This document shows, piece after piece, positions 37,761-46,744 of a DNA stretch of 64,000 nucleotides. The DNA lies in assembly GCA_963779755.1 (NCBI GenBank), contig CAVZZO010000001.1:1632001-1696000 (forward strand). Direction: 5' to 3'. The position numbers and the translations under genes were made by a program. Positions within the stretch are counted from its first letter, which is position 1, and each line of letters opens with the position of its first letter. The notes beneath the pieces are model-generated. The model did not search any database. It was not told the DNA's origin and saw only the letters and a program-made list of their open reading frames with translations. This DNA is from an uncultured Gemmatimonadales bacterium. GTDB lineage: Bacteria > Gemmatimonadota > Gemmatimonadetes > Gemmatimonadales > GWC2-71-9.

Positions 37761-40350
37761 TCTTCCCGCCCGCGTCGCGGCGTATCGCGCGCTGGCGCAC
37801 GCGGCAGCCGAGGCCTTCGTGATCGCCGATGTCGAGCGGCGGGTCACGTTTCTCAATCCCGCGGCCGAGCGGTTATTCGGGCCTGCCGATCTGGTGACTG
37901 GCCGCGCGCTGAGCGAACTCATGGCGGACCCTTCGGCGCCTGATCTCTGTGCCGAACTGGACCGGCTGGCGGACGACCCCGGTGCCGACGGCCGGGTACT
38001 GGGAGTCCTGGCGCTCGGCGCGGACGGACACGGCATCCCGGCGGAAGTGACGGTGGCACGCTGGGAGGAGCACGGCCGGGTGCTGTTCGGCCTGATTGTC
38101 CGGGATATCAGCGAGCGGCACCGGACCCAGATGCGGCTCGAGCGATACCGCGAGATCGTCCAGCACCTGCCCTTGGGGCTCACCATCTGGCGGCTGCAGG
38201 ATCTCTCGGATGGCGACACGCTCCGGTTGCTGGACGTGAACGAGGGGAACGCCGAGACGCTCGGCGTGGACCTGATCCCGCTTATCGGGCACCTCCTGCT
38301 CGAGTGCCTCCCCGGCCTGGCCGGCACCGGGCTGCCCGAGGCCCTGGCGGAGGTGGTCCGCAGCGGCACGGCCCGGGTCTTCGAAGACCGCCGCTATCAG
38401 GACGAGCGGGTAGCCGCGGGAATCTTCGCCTTCCGTGCTTTCCCGCTGCCGGACCGCTCGCTCGGACTGGTGGTGGAGAACGTGACCCCGCGCAAGCGGG
38501 TGGAGGATGCCTTGCGGGAGGCTGAGCGGCGCTACCGCGTGCTGGTGGACGCGATGTGGGCGGTGGTGTGGCGCGCCGATCCCGATACCCTGGCGTTCAC
38601 CTTCGTCAGCCGCCGCGCGGAAGTCCTGCTGGGGTTTCCGGTCTCGAACTGGCTCAGCGACCCCGGCTTCTGGGCGGCGCGGCTGCACCCGGACGATCGG
38701 GAGACGGTGCTCGCGACCCGCCGGGCGGCGGTGGCCTCCGGGCAGCAGAGTGAGCTGGAGTACCGGCTGATCGCGGCCGACGACCGGGTCCTCTGGATTC
38801 TCGAGCGGCTGACGCCGCCCGCGACGGGTGAGGGCACCGGCGAGGTGATCGGGATCTTTCTGGATGTGACGGAGCGGAAGGATGCCGAGGCACGGGTGCG
38901 CGAGAGCGAACGGCGGCTGGCGGAAGCGCAGCGGCTGGCCCGGCTGGGCAGCTGGGAGTGGGATGTTCTGGAGAACCGCCTGACCTGGTCGGAGGAGATG
39001 ACCCGGATCTACGGCCTCGAGGCAGGCGTGGGGCCGGGATCCGTCGAGGGATTCCTCCAGTTGGTGCATCCCGAGGATCGCGCGCGCGCGGAACAGATCG
39101 TAGGGGAGTCCCTCGAGCGGCGGGCGCCGTTCGCCTTCATGCACCGCATCGCGCGGCCCGACGGCGGAGTCCGCTGGCTGCAGGCGCGGGGAGAACCGGT
39201 GCTGGACAGCGACGGGTCCGTGCGGCGGCTGGTTGGGACGGCCCAGGATGTGACCGAACGGCGCGAGGCCGACGAGGTGCTGCGCGCCAGCCAGGAGCGA
39301 TTCCGCATCCTGGTGGACGGCGTCCGCGACTACGCCATCCTGCTGGTCACTCCGCACGGGCTGGTATCCAGCTGGAACGCGGGCGCGGAGCGGATTCTGG
39401 GCTATCGCGCCGAAGACATCCTCGGCAGCCACTTCAGCCGGTTCTACCCGGCGGATGAGCGTGCCAGCGGCAAGGCGCAGGACGAGCTGCAGGTCGCCCT
39501 TCTGACCGGCCGCTATGAAGAGGAAGGTCGGCGCGTGCGGCGGGACGGCTCCGCCTTCCTGGCGCGGGTAACCATCACGCCGCTGCTGGATGCGGCGGGG
39601 CGCCTGCAGGGCTTCGCCAAGGTGGTGCACGATATCACCGAACAGAAGGCCAGCGAAGAGAAGCTGGCGAGCAGCCACCGCCAGCTGCGCGAGCTGAGCC
39701 GGCGGCTCGAAGCCCTGCGGGAGCAGGAGCGAGGCCGCATGGCGCGCGAAATCCACGACGAGCTGGGCCAGGCCCTGACCGCCATCAAGCTCGATCTCAC
39801 CTCGATCAGCCGGCGACTGCGCGAGGATTCCGGCGACCTGCGGAGCCGGATTGCCAACACCATGCAGCTGGTGGACGGGACGATCGACACGGTCCGGCGC
39901 GTCTCGCAGGAGCTGCGCCCCGGGGTGCTGGACGATCTCGGCCTGGTCCCCGCGCTGGAATGGCTCTGTCAGGATTTCGAGCAGCGTACCGGTATCAGCT
40001 GCCGTCCCACGCTCCCGGCGCGGGAGATCGGGGTGGATGCGGATCGTGCAACCCATATCTTTCGGATCGCGCAGGAGGCGCTCACCAATGTCGTGCGCCA
40101 CGCGGAGGCCCGGTCGGTGACCCTGGCTCTACGGCAGGGCGCGGAGGGAAAGCTGCACATGGTCATTCAGGACGATGGGCGGGGTATGGCTCCTCCGGCG
40201 CCGGGAGCGGCGCTCTCGCTCGGATTGCTGGGTATGCGGGAGCGGGCCGCCGCGTGCGGCGGCGAGTTGCGGGTCGTCAGTCCCGGGGGTGGCGGCACCC
40301 TGATCGAATTCCAGATGCCGCTGCCCATGTCCGAGGGACGGCCGGCATGA
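37753..40350 (+). CDS. Cytoplasmic multi-PAS histidine kinase (HisKA_3)
   Basis: About five PAS/PAC domains; AREIHDELGQ, QEALTNVVRH, DDGRG, GLLGMRER. Confidence 0.93.
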   Translation: MSDLPARVAAYRALAHAAAEAFVIADVERRVTFLNPAAERLFGPADLVTGRALSELMADPSAPDLCAELDRLADDPGADGRVLGVLALGADGHGIPAEVTVARWEEHGRVLFGLIVRDISERHRTQMRLERYREIVQHLPLGLTIWRLQDLSDGDTLRLLDVNEGNAETLGVDLIPLIGHLLLECLPGLAGTGLPEALAEVVRSGTARVFEDRRYQDERVAAGIFAFRAFPLPDRSLGLVVENVTPRKRVEDALREAERRYRVLVDAMWAVVWRADPDTLAFTFVSRRAEVLLGFPVSNWLSDPGFWAARLHPDDRETVLATRRAAVASGQQSELEYRLIAADDRVLWILERLTPPATGEGTGEVIGIFLDVTERKDAEARVRESERRLAEAQRLARLGSWEWDVLENRLTWSEEMTRIYGLEAGVGPGSVEGFLQLVHPEDRARAEQIVGESLERRAPFAFMHRIARPDGGVRWLQARGEPVLDSDGSVRRLVGTAQDVTERREADEVLRASQERFRILVDGVRDYAILLVTPHGLVSSWNAGAERILGYRAEDILGSHFSRFYPADERASGKAQDELQVALLTGRYEEEGRRVRRDGSAFLARVTITPLLDAAGRLQGFAKVVHDITEQKASEEKLASSHRQLRELSRRLEALREQERGRMAREIHDELGQALTAIKLDLTSISRRLREDSGDLRSRIANTMQLVDGTIDTVRRVSQELRPGVLDDLGLVPALEWLCQDFEQRTGISCRPTLPAREIGVDADRATHIFRIAQEALTNVVRHAEARSVTLALRQGAEGKLHMVIQDDGRGMAPPAPGAALSLGLLGMRERAAACGGELRVVSPGGGGTLIEFQMPLPMSEGRPA

Positions 40351-40979
40351 TCCGCCTGATCCTGGCGGACGATCATCCGCTGATCCGGACCGGCCTGCGG
40401 ACCATCCTGCAGGAGGAGCCCGAGCTCCGGCTGGTGGGCGAGGCCGACAGCGGCACCGGCCTGCTGGAGTTGCTGCCGCGGGTCGAGGCCGACGTGCTGC
40501 TGCTCGACATCAGCATGCCCGGGCCGGGATTCGCCGAATTGATGCGACAGGTTCGGACCGGCTGGCCCGGGCTCCGGGTGCTGGTGCTGAGCGTACAGCC
40601 GGAAGACCAGTACGCGGTGAGCGCGCTGCGGGCCGGCGCGGCCGGCTATCTCTCCAAGGAGCAGTCGCCGGAACGGCTCATTGCCGCCATCCGCCGGGTC
40701 CATGCCGGCGGCCGCTTCGTGAGCCCGACGCTGGTCGAACGGCTGGCGGAAGAGCTCTCTCCCGACCGTATCCGGCCGCCGCACCTGACCCTCTCCGAAC
40801 GGGAGCACCAGGTGCTCACTCTGATGGGCGGCGGCCGGACCACCCGGCAGATTGCCCAGGAACTGGGGCTGAGCCCCAAGACGGTGAGCACGTTCCGGCA
40901 GCGCATCCGGCAGAAACTTCGGCTCACCTCCGATGCCGAGCTCATCCGCTATGCGCTGGAGCATCATCTGACCGCGTAG
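40347..40979 (+). CDS. NarL/LuxR-family response regulator
   Basis: LADDH, LLDISMP, LSERE...KTVST HTH; ATGA overlap with the kinase. Confidence 0.93.
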   Translation: MIRLILADDHPLIRTGLRTILQEEPELRLVGEADSGTGLLELLPRVEADVLLLDISMPGPGFAELMRQVRTGWPGLRVLVLSVQPEDQYAVSALRAGAAGYLSKEQSPERLIAAIRRVHAGGRFVSPTLVERLAEELSPDRIRPPHLTLSEREHQVLTLMGGGRTTRQIAQELGLSPKTVSTFRQRIRQKLRLTSDAELIRYALEHHLTA

Positions 40980-41073
40980 GCCGTTCTGCCTACGCTCTGG
41001 TGGGTGGGCGACTTACGCCGGGGCCGCTACCCTGCCGATAGCATGGCGGCCCGGGCCAGGGCATGTTATCAAG

Positions 41074-41481
41074 GTGGAATCCTGGAGCGAGACTCTCCCC
41101 CGGACGGTGCGAACCCTCATCGTCGACGACTCCAGCATCGTGCGCCGCCGTCTGGCCATCATGCTGGAAGAGATGGGGCAGGTAACGATCATCGGCCAGG
41201 CGCCCAACATGGCCGAGGCGCTGGGGCTGATTCCCTCGCTGCGGCCCGATGCCGTCATCGTCGATCTGCGCATGCCCGACGGCGACGGGATTCACCTGGT
41301 AGAGGCCCTGAAGCAGCTGGACAACCCCCCCCTGGTGGGCGTGCTGACCAACTATCCCTATGATCAGTACCGGAAACGCTGTCTTCAGGCCGGCGCTGAC
41401 TTCTTCTTCGACAAGACCACCGAGTTCGCCCGGGTGCCCGAGACGCTGCACCGGCTGTCTGGGGGTCTGCGGGCGCCCTGA
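41074..41481 (+). CDS. Single-domain response regulator
   Basis: IVDDS, VDLRMPDGDG, GADFFFDK. Confidence 0.85.
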   Translation: MESWSETLPRTVRTLIVDDSSIVRRRLAIMLEEMGQVTIIGQAPNMAEALGLIPSLRPDAVIVDLRMPDGDGIHLVEALKQLDNPPLVGVLTNYPYDQYRKRCLQAGADFFFDKTTEFARVPETLHRLSGGLRAP

Positions 41482-41549
41482 CTACCGTGCCGTCCCTGCA
41501 CACCACCGCTCGCCCCTCCGGGGCTGAGCCTGGACCCCTGTTGCCCGAC

Positions 41550-41996
41550 ATGGACCCTTCCGCTTCCGCCTGCGACCTCCTGCTGGTCGAGGACAACCCC
41601 TGGGACGAAGAGCTCATTCTGCGCTCGCTCGAGCGCGGCGGTCTGGCGGTGCGCACCAGCGTGGTACGCCACGGCGAGGAGGCGCTCGATTTTCTCCATG
41701 GCCGCGGCCGCCATGCGGGCCGGGCCGGTCTGCGGCTGCCCCGCGCGATCCTGCTCGATCTCAAGCTGCCGGGCCCGAATGGCCACGCCATTGTCCGGGC
41801 GGTGCGCAGCGACCCGCGGTTGCGCCACCTGCCGGTCGTCATGTTGACCTCCTCGCAGCAGGATCGCGACGTCGGCGAAGCCTACGCCGAGGGCGTGAAC
41901 AGCTATATCGTCAAGCCGGTGGATTTCGAACGGTTCCTGCAGGTGGTGTTCGACGCCGCCCGCTACTGGGTGCACCTCAATGAACCTCCCGGATAG
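41550..41996 (+). CDS. Single-domain response regulator (Rcp1-like)
   Basis: LLVEDN, LLDLKLP, VVMLTSS, NSYIVKPVDF...YW. Confidence 0.88.
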   Translation: MDPSASACDLLLVEDNPWDEELILRSLERGGLAVRTSVVRHGEEALDFLHGRGRHAGRAGLRLPRAILLDLKLPGPNGHAIVRAVRSDPRLRHLPVVMLTSSQQDRDVGEAYAEGVNSYIVKPVDFERFLQVVFDAARYWVHLNEPPG

Positions 41997-43440
41997 CCCT
42001 GTCTCTTCCCTCAATCTGCTGCTGCTGGAGGACCGGCCCGAGGACGCCGAGCTGATCGAGCGCGAGCTGTCCCGGTCCGGCAGGACCCCCGTGATCCGGC
42101 GGGTGGCCGGCCGCGACGCGTTTCTGGCCGCGCTCGATCGTCCACCCGATGCGGTCCTGGCCGATTTCCGAATTCCCGGCTTCGATGGGCTGGAGGCGCT
42201 GCGATTGCTGCGCGAGCGCTACCCCCGGGTGCCCTTCCTGCTCGTCTCCGGCGCCATTTCGGACGAGGTCGCCGCCGCCTGCATGCGCGGGGGGGCCGAT
42301 GACTACCTCCTCAAGGACCGGCTCTCCCGCCTGCCGACGGCGCTCTACGGGGCTCTCGAGCGCCGCCAGGCCGAGGCGCGCTACCGGCTGCTGTTCGAGA
42401 GCGTGCCGCTGGCCACCTGGGTGTTTGATCTCGAGTCGCTCCGGTTTCTGGCGGTCAATCCTGCCGCCGTGGCGCTCTACGGCTGGTCGGCGGACGAGTT
42501 TGCCGGGCTCACCCTGCGGGAGATCCGGCCTCCGGCCGAGCTGCCCCGTTTGGAGCAGGCCATCCGGGCGTTGCGCGAGGGCACCGAAACCACCGGGCCC
42601 TGGCTGCATTGCCGCAAGGACGGGCGGGTGCTGGAAGTGGAGGTAACCTCGCGCCGGCTGCCGTTCGAGGGTCGTGAGGCCGTGCTGTCGGTGGTCCACG
42701 ACGCGACCAGCCGGCGCCGGCTGGAGCGGCAGCTGGGTGAATCGCAGAAGATGGAGGCGCTGGGACGGCTGGCCGGCGGCATTGCCCACGATTTCAACAA
42801 CGTGCTGGCCGCTATTTCGGGCCTCGCCGCCATCGGCCTGGAGACGGCGCAGGGCGAAGCGGCGGAGATGTTCGACGAGATCAACGGCACGATCCGCCGG
42901 ACCGCGGGGCTCATTCGCCAGCTGCTCACCTTCTCCCGGCGGCAACCCGCGGCGCCCCGGCTTCTCTCACTCAACGCGGTGATTCAGGAGCGTGAGCTGA
43001 TGATCCGGCGGCTCCTGGGCAGGGGGATCACGCTCGAGACCCGCCTGGCGCCGGAGCTGAGTCAGATACGGGCCGACCCGTCGCAGCTGGAGCAGGTACT
43101 GCTGAATCTTGTCATCAACGCGCGCGATGCGATGCCTGCCGGCGGGTGTCTGCTGATCGAAACCCGGGAGACGGGCGGGGCCGAGGGCCGCCCGCCCGAC
43201 GGGCCGGCCCGGGCTGCCGTCCTGCGGGTGAGCGATACCGGCGACGGGATGAGCGAGGAGGTGAGGGGCCGGCTGTTCGAGCCCTTCTTCACCACCAAGG
43301 AAACCGGCACGGGCCTGGGACTCGCCTCGGTCTATGGCGTGGTCAGCCAGGCCGGCGGCCGGATCAGCGTGTCGAGCGCGGAGGGCCGCGGATCGGTGTT
43401 CGAGATCAGCCTGCCGGTCAGCGGGAGCGAAGAGGCCTGA
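41980..43440 (+). CDS. Hybrid REC-PAS-histidine kinase
   Basis: N-terminal REC, PAS, GIAHDFNN, NLVINARDAM, DTGDGM, GTGLGL. Confidence 0.92.
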   Translation: MNLPDSPVSSLNLLLLEDRPEDAELIERELSRSGRTPVIRRVAGRDAFLAALDRPPDAVLADFRIPGFDGLEALRLLRERYPRVPFLLVSGAISDEVAAACMRGGADDYLLKDRLSRLPTALYGALERRQAEARYRLLFESVPLATWVFDLESLRFLAVNPAAVALYGWSADEFAGLTLREIRPPAELPRLEQAIRALREGTETTGPWLHCRKDGRVLEVEVTSRRLPFEGREAVLSVVHDATSRRRLERQLGESQKMEALGRLAGGIAHDFNNVLAAISGLAAIGLETAQGEAAEMFDEINGTIRRTAGLIRQLLTFSRRQPAAPRLLSLNAVIQERELMIRRLLGRGITLETRLAPELSQIRADPSQLEQVLLNLVINARDAMPAGGCLLIETRETGGAEGRPPDGPARAAVLRVSDTGDGMSEEVRGRLFEPFFTTKETGTGLGLASVYGVVSQAGGRISVSSAEGRGSVFEISLPVSGSEEA

Positions 43441-44542
43441 CCGCGGGCCACTGCTGGGTGACGCAGTGCAGCGCCCCCAGCCCCCAGACCAGTTCGGTAC
43501 AGTCGATGCCCACCACCCGGCGGGTGGGGAAGAGATCCTGTAATATCCGGTGCGCCGCATGGTCGCCGGAGCGGTCGTAGGTGGGCAGCAGGACGACGCC
43601 GTTGGCGATATAGAAATTGGCGTAGCTCGCCGGCAGGCGCTCGCCCTCGCAGAAGACCGGCGCCGGCATGGGCAGCGTGACCACCCGCAGCGGCCGGCCG
43701 TCCTGGTCGGTCATGCGCCGCAACCGGGCGAGATTCTCCTGCAGGGGGCCAAAATTGGCGTCGTCCGGGTCCTCCTCCACCACGGTGACGACCGTCCGAG
43801 CGTCGGTGAACCGGGCCAGGTCGTCCACGTGCCCGTCGGTATCGTCGCCCGCGATGCCGTCGCCCAGCCACAGGATATGCCGCACGCCCAGCCATTCGCG
43901 AAGCGCGGCTTCGATCCCGGTTCGATCGAGCTCGGGGTTGCGGTTGGGGTTCAGGAGGCACGACTCGGTCGTGAGCAGCGTCCCCTCGCCGTTCACGTCG
44001 ATCGACCCCCCTTCGAGAATCATCCCGGGATGATACACCGGCAGGCCCAGCTCGCTACCGATACGACTGGGAATGACGTCGTCCAGATCATAGGGGGGAT
44101 ACTTCCCACCCCAGGCGTTGTAGCCCCAGTCGAGGATGGCCTGCTCCGGGCCGCCCGGGCCCCGGCGCTGCACGAAGATGGGGCCATGGTCGCGGCACCA
44201 GGCGTCGTTGGTGGGATTGGCGTGCAGGTGTACCCGGCCCGGCGGCAGGCGGCATGCGGCCAGGCGGCGCCGGATGTCCTGCTCCATGTCCGGGCCGGTC
44301 ACATTGATGTGTACTTCTTCATGCAGGGCCAGAACCGCGGTAAGCTGGGTAAAGATCTCCGGAATGCGCTCGAAGTGCCCCGGCCAGGACGCCTGCTTAT
44401 GCGGCCAGCTGAGCCAGGTGCCCCGGTGGGGGGCCCACTCGGGCGGCATACGGAACTGCGGGAACCGGGAAGAGGGAAGGGGGAAAGGACTGGGGCCCCT
44501 TTCCCCCTTCCCTTCGGCCGTTTCCCGGTTTTCAATCCCCAT
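43418..44542 (-). CDS. aguA: Agmatine deiminase
   Basis: RMPPEW, WCRDHGP, LEGGSI, DTDGHVD, SYANF, GALHCVTQQ; start uncertain (44542 or ~44449). Confidence 0.92.
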   Translation of the reverse strand: MGIENRETAEGKGERGPSPFPLPSSRFPQFRMPPEWAPHRGTWLSWPHKQASWPGHFERIPEIFTQLTAVLALHEEVHINVTGPDMEQDIRRRLAACRLPPGRVHLHANPTNDAWCRDHGPIFVQRRGPGGPEQAILDWGYNAWGGKYPPYDLDDVIPSRIGSELGLPVYHPGMILEGGSIDVNGEGTLLTTESCLLNPNRNPELDRTGIEAALREWLGVRHILWLGDGIAGDDTDGHVDDLARFTDARTVVTVVEEDPDDANFGPLQENLARLRRMTDQDGRPLRVVTLPMPAPVFCEGERLPASYANFYIANGVVLLPTYDRSGDHAAHRILQDLFPTRRVVGIDCTELVWGLGALHCVTQQWPAVRPLRSR

Positions 44543-45413
44543 CCACATACCTGCGCGTGATATCCCCGTAGGCTTCGATCCGCCGGTCGCGCAGGAATGG
44601 CCAGTGGGTCCGCGCGGTATCGATGAGCCCGAGGTCGCAGGGCACCACGAGCACCGTTTCGTCCTCTCCCGCTTCGGCCAGGACCCGGCCGTAGGGATCG
44701 GCGACGAAACTGTGGCCCCAGAAATCGATACCGCCGCCGGCGGCGCCTTCGTGGCCCACGCGGTTCACTGCGGCCACGAAGACGCCGTTGGCGATGGCGT
44801 GGCTGCGCTGCATCGTCTGCCAGGCGGACATCTGGGCGGCGCCGTATTCGGCCTTCTCCGCCGGCAGCCAGCCGATGGCGGTGGGGTAGAAGAGAATGCC
44901 GGCGCCCTGCATGGCCGTGAGCCGCGCGCCTTCGGGGTACCACTGGTCCCAGCAGACCAGCGCGCCCAGGCGGCCCGCCCGGGTTTGCCAGGCGCGGAAC
45001 CCGAGGTCGCCCGGCGTGAAATAGAACTTCTCGTAGTAGAGCGGGTCGTCCGGAATGTGCATCTTCCGGTACTTGCCCAGGTAGCGGCCGTCGGCGTCGA
45101 GGATGGCGGCGGTGTTGTGATAGAGGCCTTCCGCCCGGCGCTCGAACAGCGAGGCGATGATCACCACGCCCAGCTCGGCAGCCAGCCGGCCCAGCCGCTC
45201 GGTACCGGGCCCGGGAATCGGCTCGGCCAGGGCGAAGTTGGCGTGATCCTCCGTCTGGCAGAAATACTGCGTGCGGAACAACTCCTGCAGGCACACCACC
45301 GTGGCGCCGCGCCCGGCGGCCTCCCGCACGCCTGCTTCCGCCCGCGCGAAGTTCGCCCCGGCATCGGGCGTGCAGCGTGACTGCACCAGACCGACGTGAA
45401 CCGTTTCTGCCAT
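44532..45413 (-). CDS. aguB: N-carbamoylputrescine amidase (carbon-nitrogen hydrolase)
   Basis: LQELF, YRKMHIP, VCWDQWYPE (E-K-C triad); adjacent to aguA. Confidence 0.9.
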   Translation of the reverse strand: MAETVHVGLVQSRCTPDAGANFARAEAGVREAAGRGATVVCLQELFRTQYFCQTEDHANFALAEPIPGPGTERLGRLAAELGVVIIASLFERRAEGLYHNTAAILDADGRYLGKYRKMHIPDDPLYYEKFYFTPGDLGFRAWQTRAGRLGALVCWDQWYPEGARLTAMQGAGILFYPTAIGWLPAEKAEYGAAQMSAWQTMQRSHAIANGVFVAAVNRVGHEGAAGGGIDFWGHSFVADPYGRVLAEAGEDETVLVVPCDLGLIDTARTHWPFLRDRRIEAYGDITRRYVDGD

Positions 45414-45642
45414 GGGCCAGAATGTAATCTCAGGCCGGCGCTTGCGCTCCGGTCGGGAAGTGATCATGCTCCGGCGCATTCCAGTCGCGCCGCAGCGGAT
45501 TTTCCCGAGCGAGGATCAGTTCCGGAACGGGAACTATGCCAGGCCCCCGACAGGCACCCGTCAGGTATTCTTTCGCTGGCGATGATGCCTCTGGGTAATC
45601 TGCGGATCACTCTTTCTTTGCTTCGAGAAGCCTGGAGGATCT

Positions 45643-46719
45643 CTGCGTCGTTCCCTGACCGTCCTGACCGTCCTGAGCCTGCTGTCGCCGGCGGCATCGC
45701 TCAGTGCCCAGGAAGTGACCTGGCGCAACCTGGGTGTCTTCTACGGCGACAACACCGAGTTCTTCACCCCGTTCCGCCGGGGTGAAACCATCCTCGGCGC
45801 CCAGGCCTGGAGCTACCTCCAGGTCGAAACCGGGGCGCACACCCGGGTGCTGGCCGGCGTCTTCGCGGATCACCGCGACGGCAGCCCGGATTTTCTCGAT
45901 CCGGTCAAACCGGTGCTCTCGTTCCGGTACCACACGCCCACCTCCACCGCCACTCTGGGGATGCTGGAGACAGGAGACCGCCATGGCTATCTCGAGCCGC
46001 TGGAAGTCACCACCCTCGAGTTTACCCGTCCGGTGGAATACGGCGGGCAGTGGATCGTCCGCCGGCCCTGGATCGATGCCGATCTCTTTCTCGACTGGCA
46101 GCACCTGAACACGCCCACCAGCCGGGAAATCTTCAACTGGGGGGGGGTGATCCGTGGCCATCCGGCGCGGCCGCTCACGCTCGAATTCCAGCTGCACGGG
46201 CTGCATCACGGCGGGCAACTCTACAATGCCGGCGTCCCGGTCACCAACAATGTGGTGGCGGCTTACGGCGCCACCCTGGCCGACCATCTGCCCGTCGTCG
46301 GCAGCGCCAGCTTCTCGGCCTTCTACCTGACCAGCCGGGGGTACATCGACCCCGGTCAGCCGGGCACCCGGCCCGACCGGGGCCACGGGACCTATCTGCG
46401 CGCGTCGGTGACGCCGTTCGGATGGGTGGAACTGTTCGGGATCTACTGGGCAGGGCGCGATTTCCACAGCGACGAGGGCGACCCCAACTACAACTCCATC
46501 GGCGTGGATACGGCCTTCTACCGCAGCCGCCGCCGGTACAAGGAAATCGGTCTCATCCGCCGGACCACCATCGACCGGACCGTGCAGCTCGACGCCGAGT
46601 TCCGGCTCCACCGGGTGGACCAGGAGGAGAGTATCGCGTTTCTGGGTACGAAGTGGGAGTACAGCTACCGGGTGGTGGTGAGAGTGCCGGTCACGATAGG
46701 AGTGAGGGAAAAGGACTGA
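45643..46719 (+). CDS. Exported protein, probable outer-membrane beta-barrel; probable CTG start
   Basis: Frame extends upstream of 45715 into a signal peptide (M)RRSLTVLTVLSLLSPAASLSA/QE after GGAGG; amphipathic beta-strands. Confidence 0.65.
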   Translation: MRRSLTVLTVLSLLSPAASLSAQEVTWRNLGVFYGDNTEFFTPFRRGETILGAQAWSYLQVETGAHTRVLAGVFADHRDGSPDFLDPVKPVLSFRYHTPTSTATLGMLETGDRHGYLEPLEVTTLEFTRPVEYGGQWIVRRPWIDADLFLDWQHLNTPTSREIFNWGGVIRGHPARPLTLEFQLHGLHHGGQLYNAGVPVTNNVVAAYGATLADHLPVVGSASFSAFYLTSRGYIDPGQPGTRPDRGHGTYLRASVTPFGWVELFGIYWAGRDFHSDEGDPNYNSIGVDTAFYRSRRRYKEIGLIRRTTIDRTVQLDAEFRLHRVDQEESIAFLGTKWEYSYRVVVRVPVTIGVREKD

Positions 46720-46744
46720 GACGAAAGCCCGGGGTCCTTTTCTC

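Noticed and set aside
45414..45640. Riboswitch upstream of aguB or the beta-barrel gene
   Set aside because: No recognisable aptamer consensus by eye
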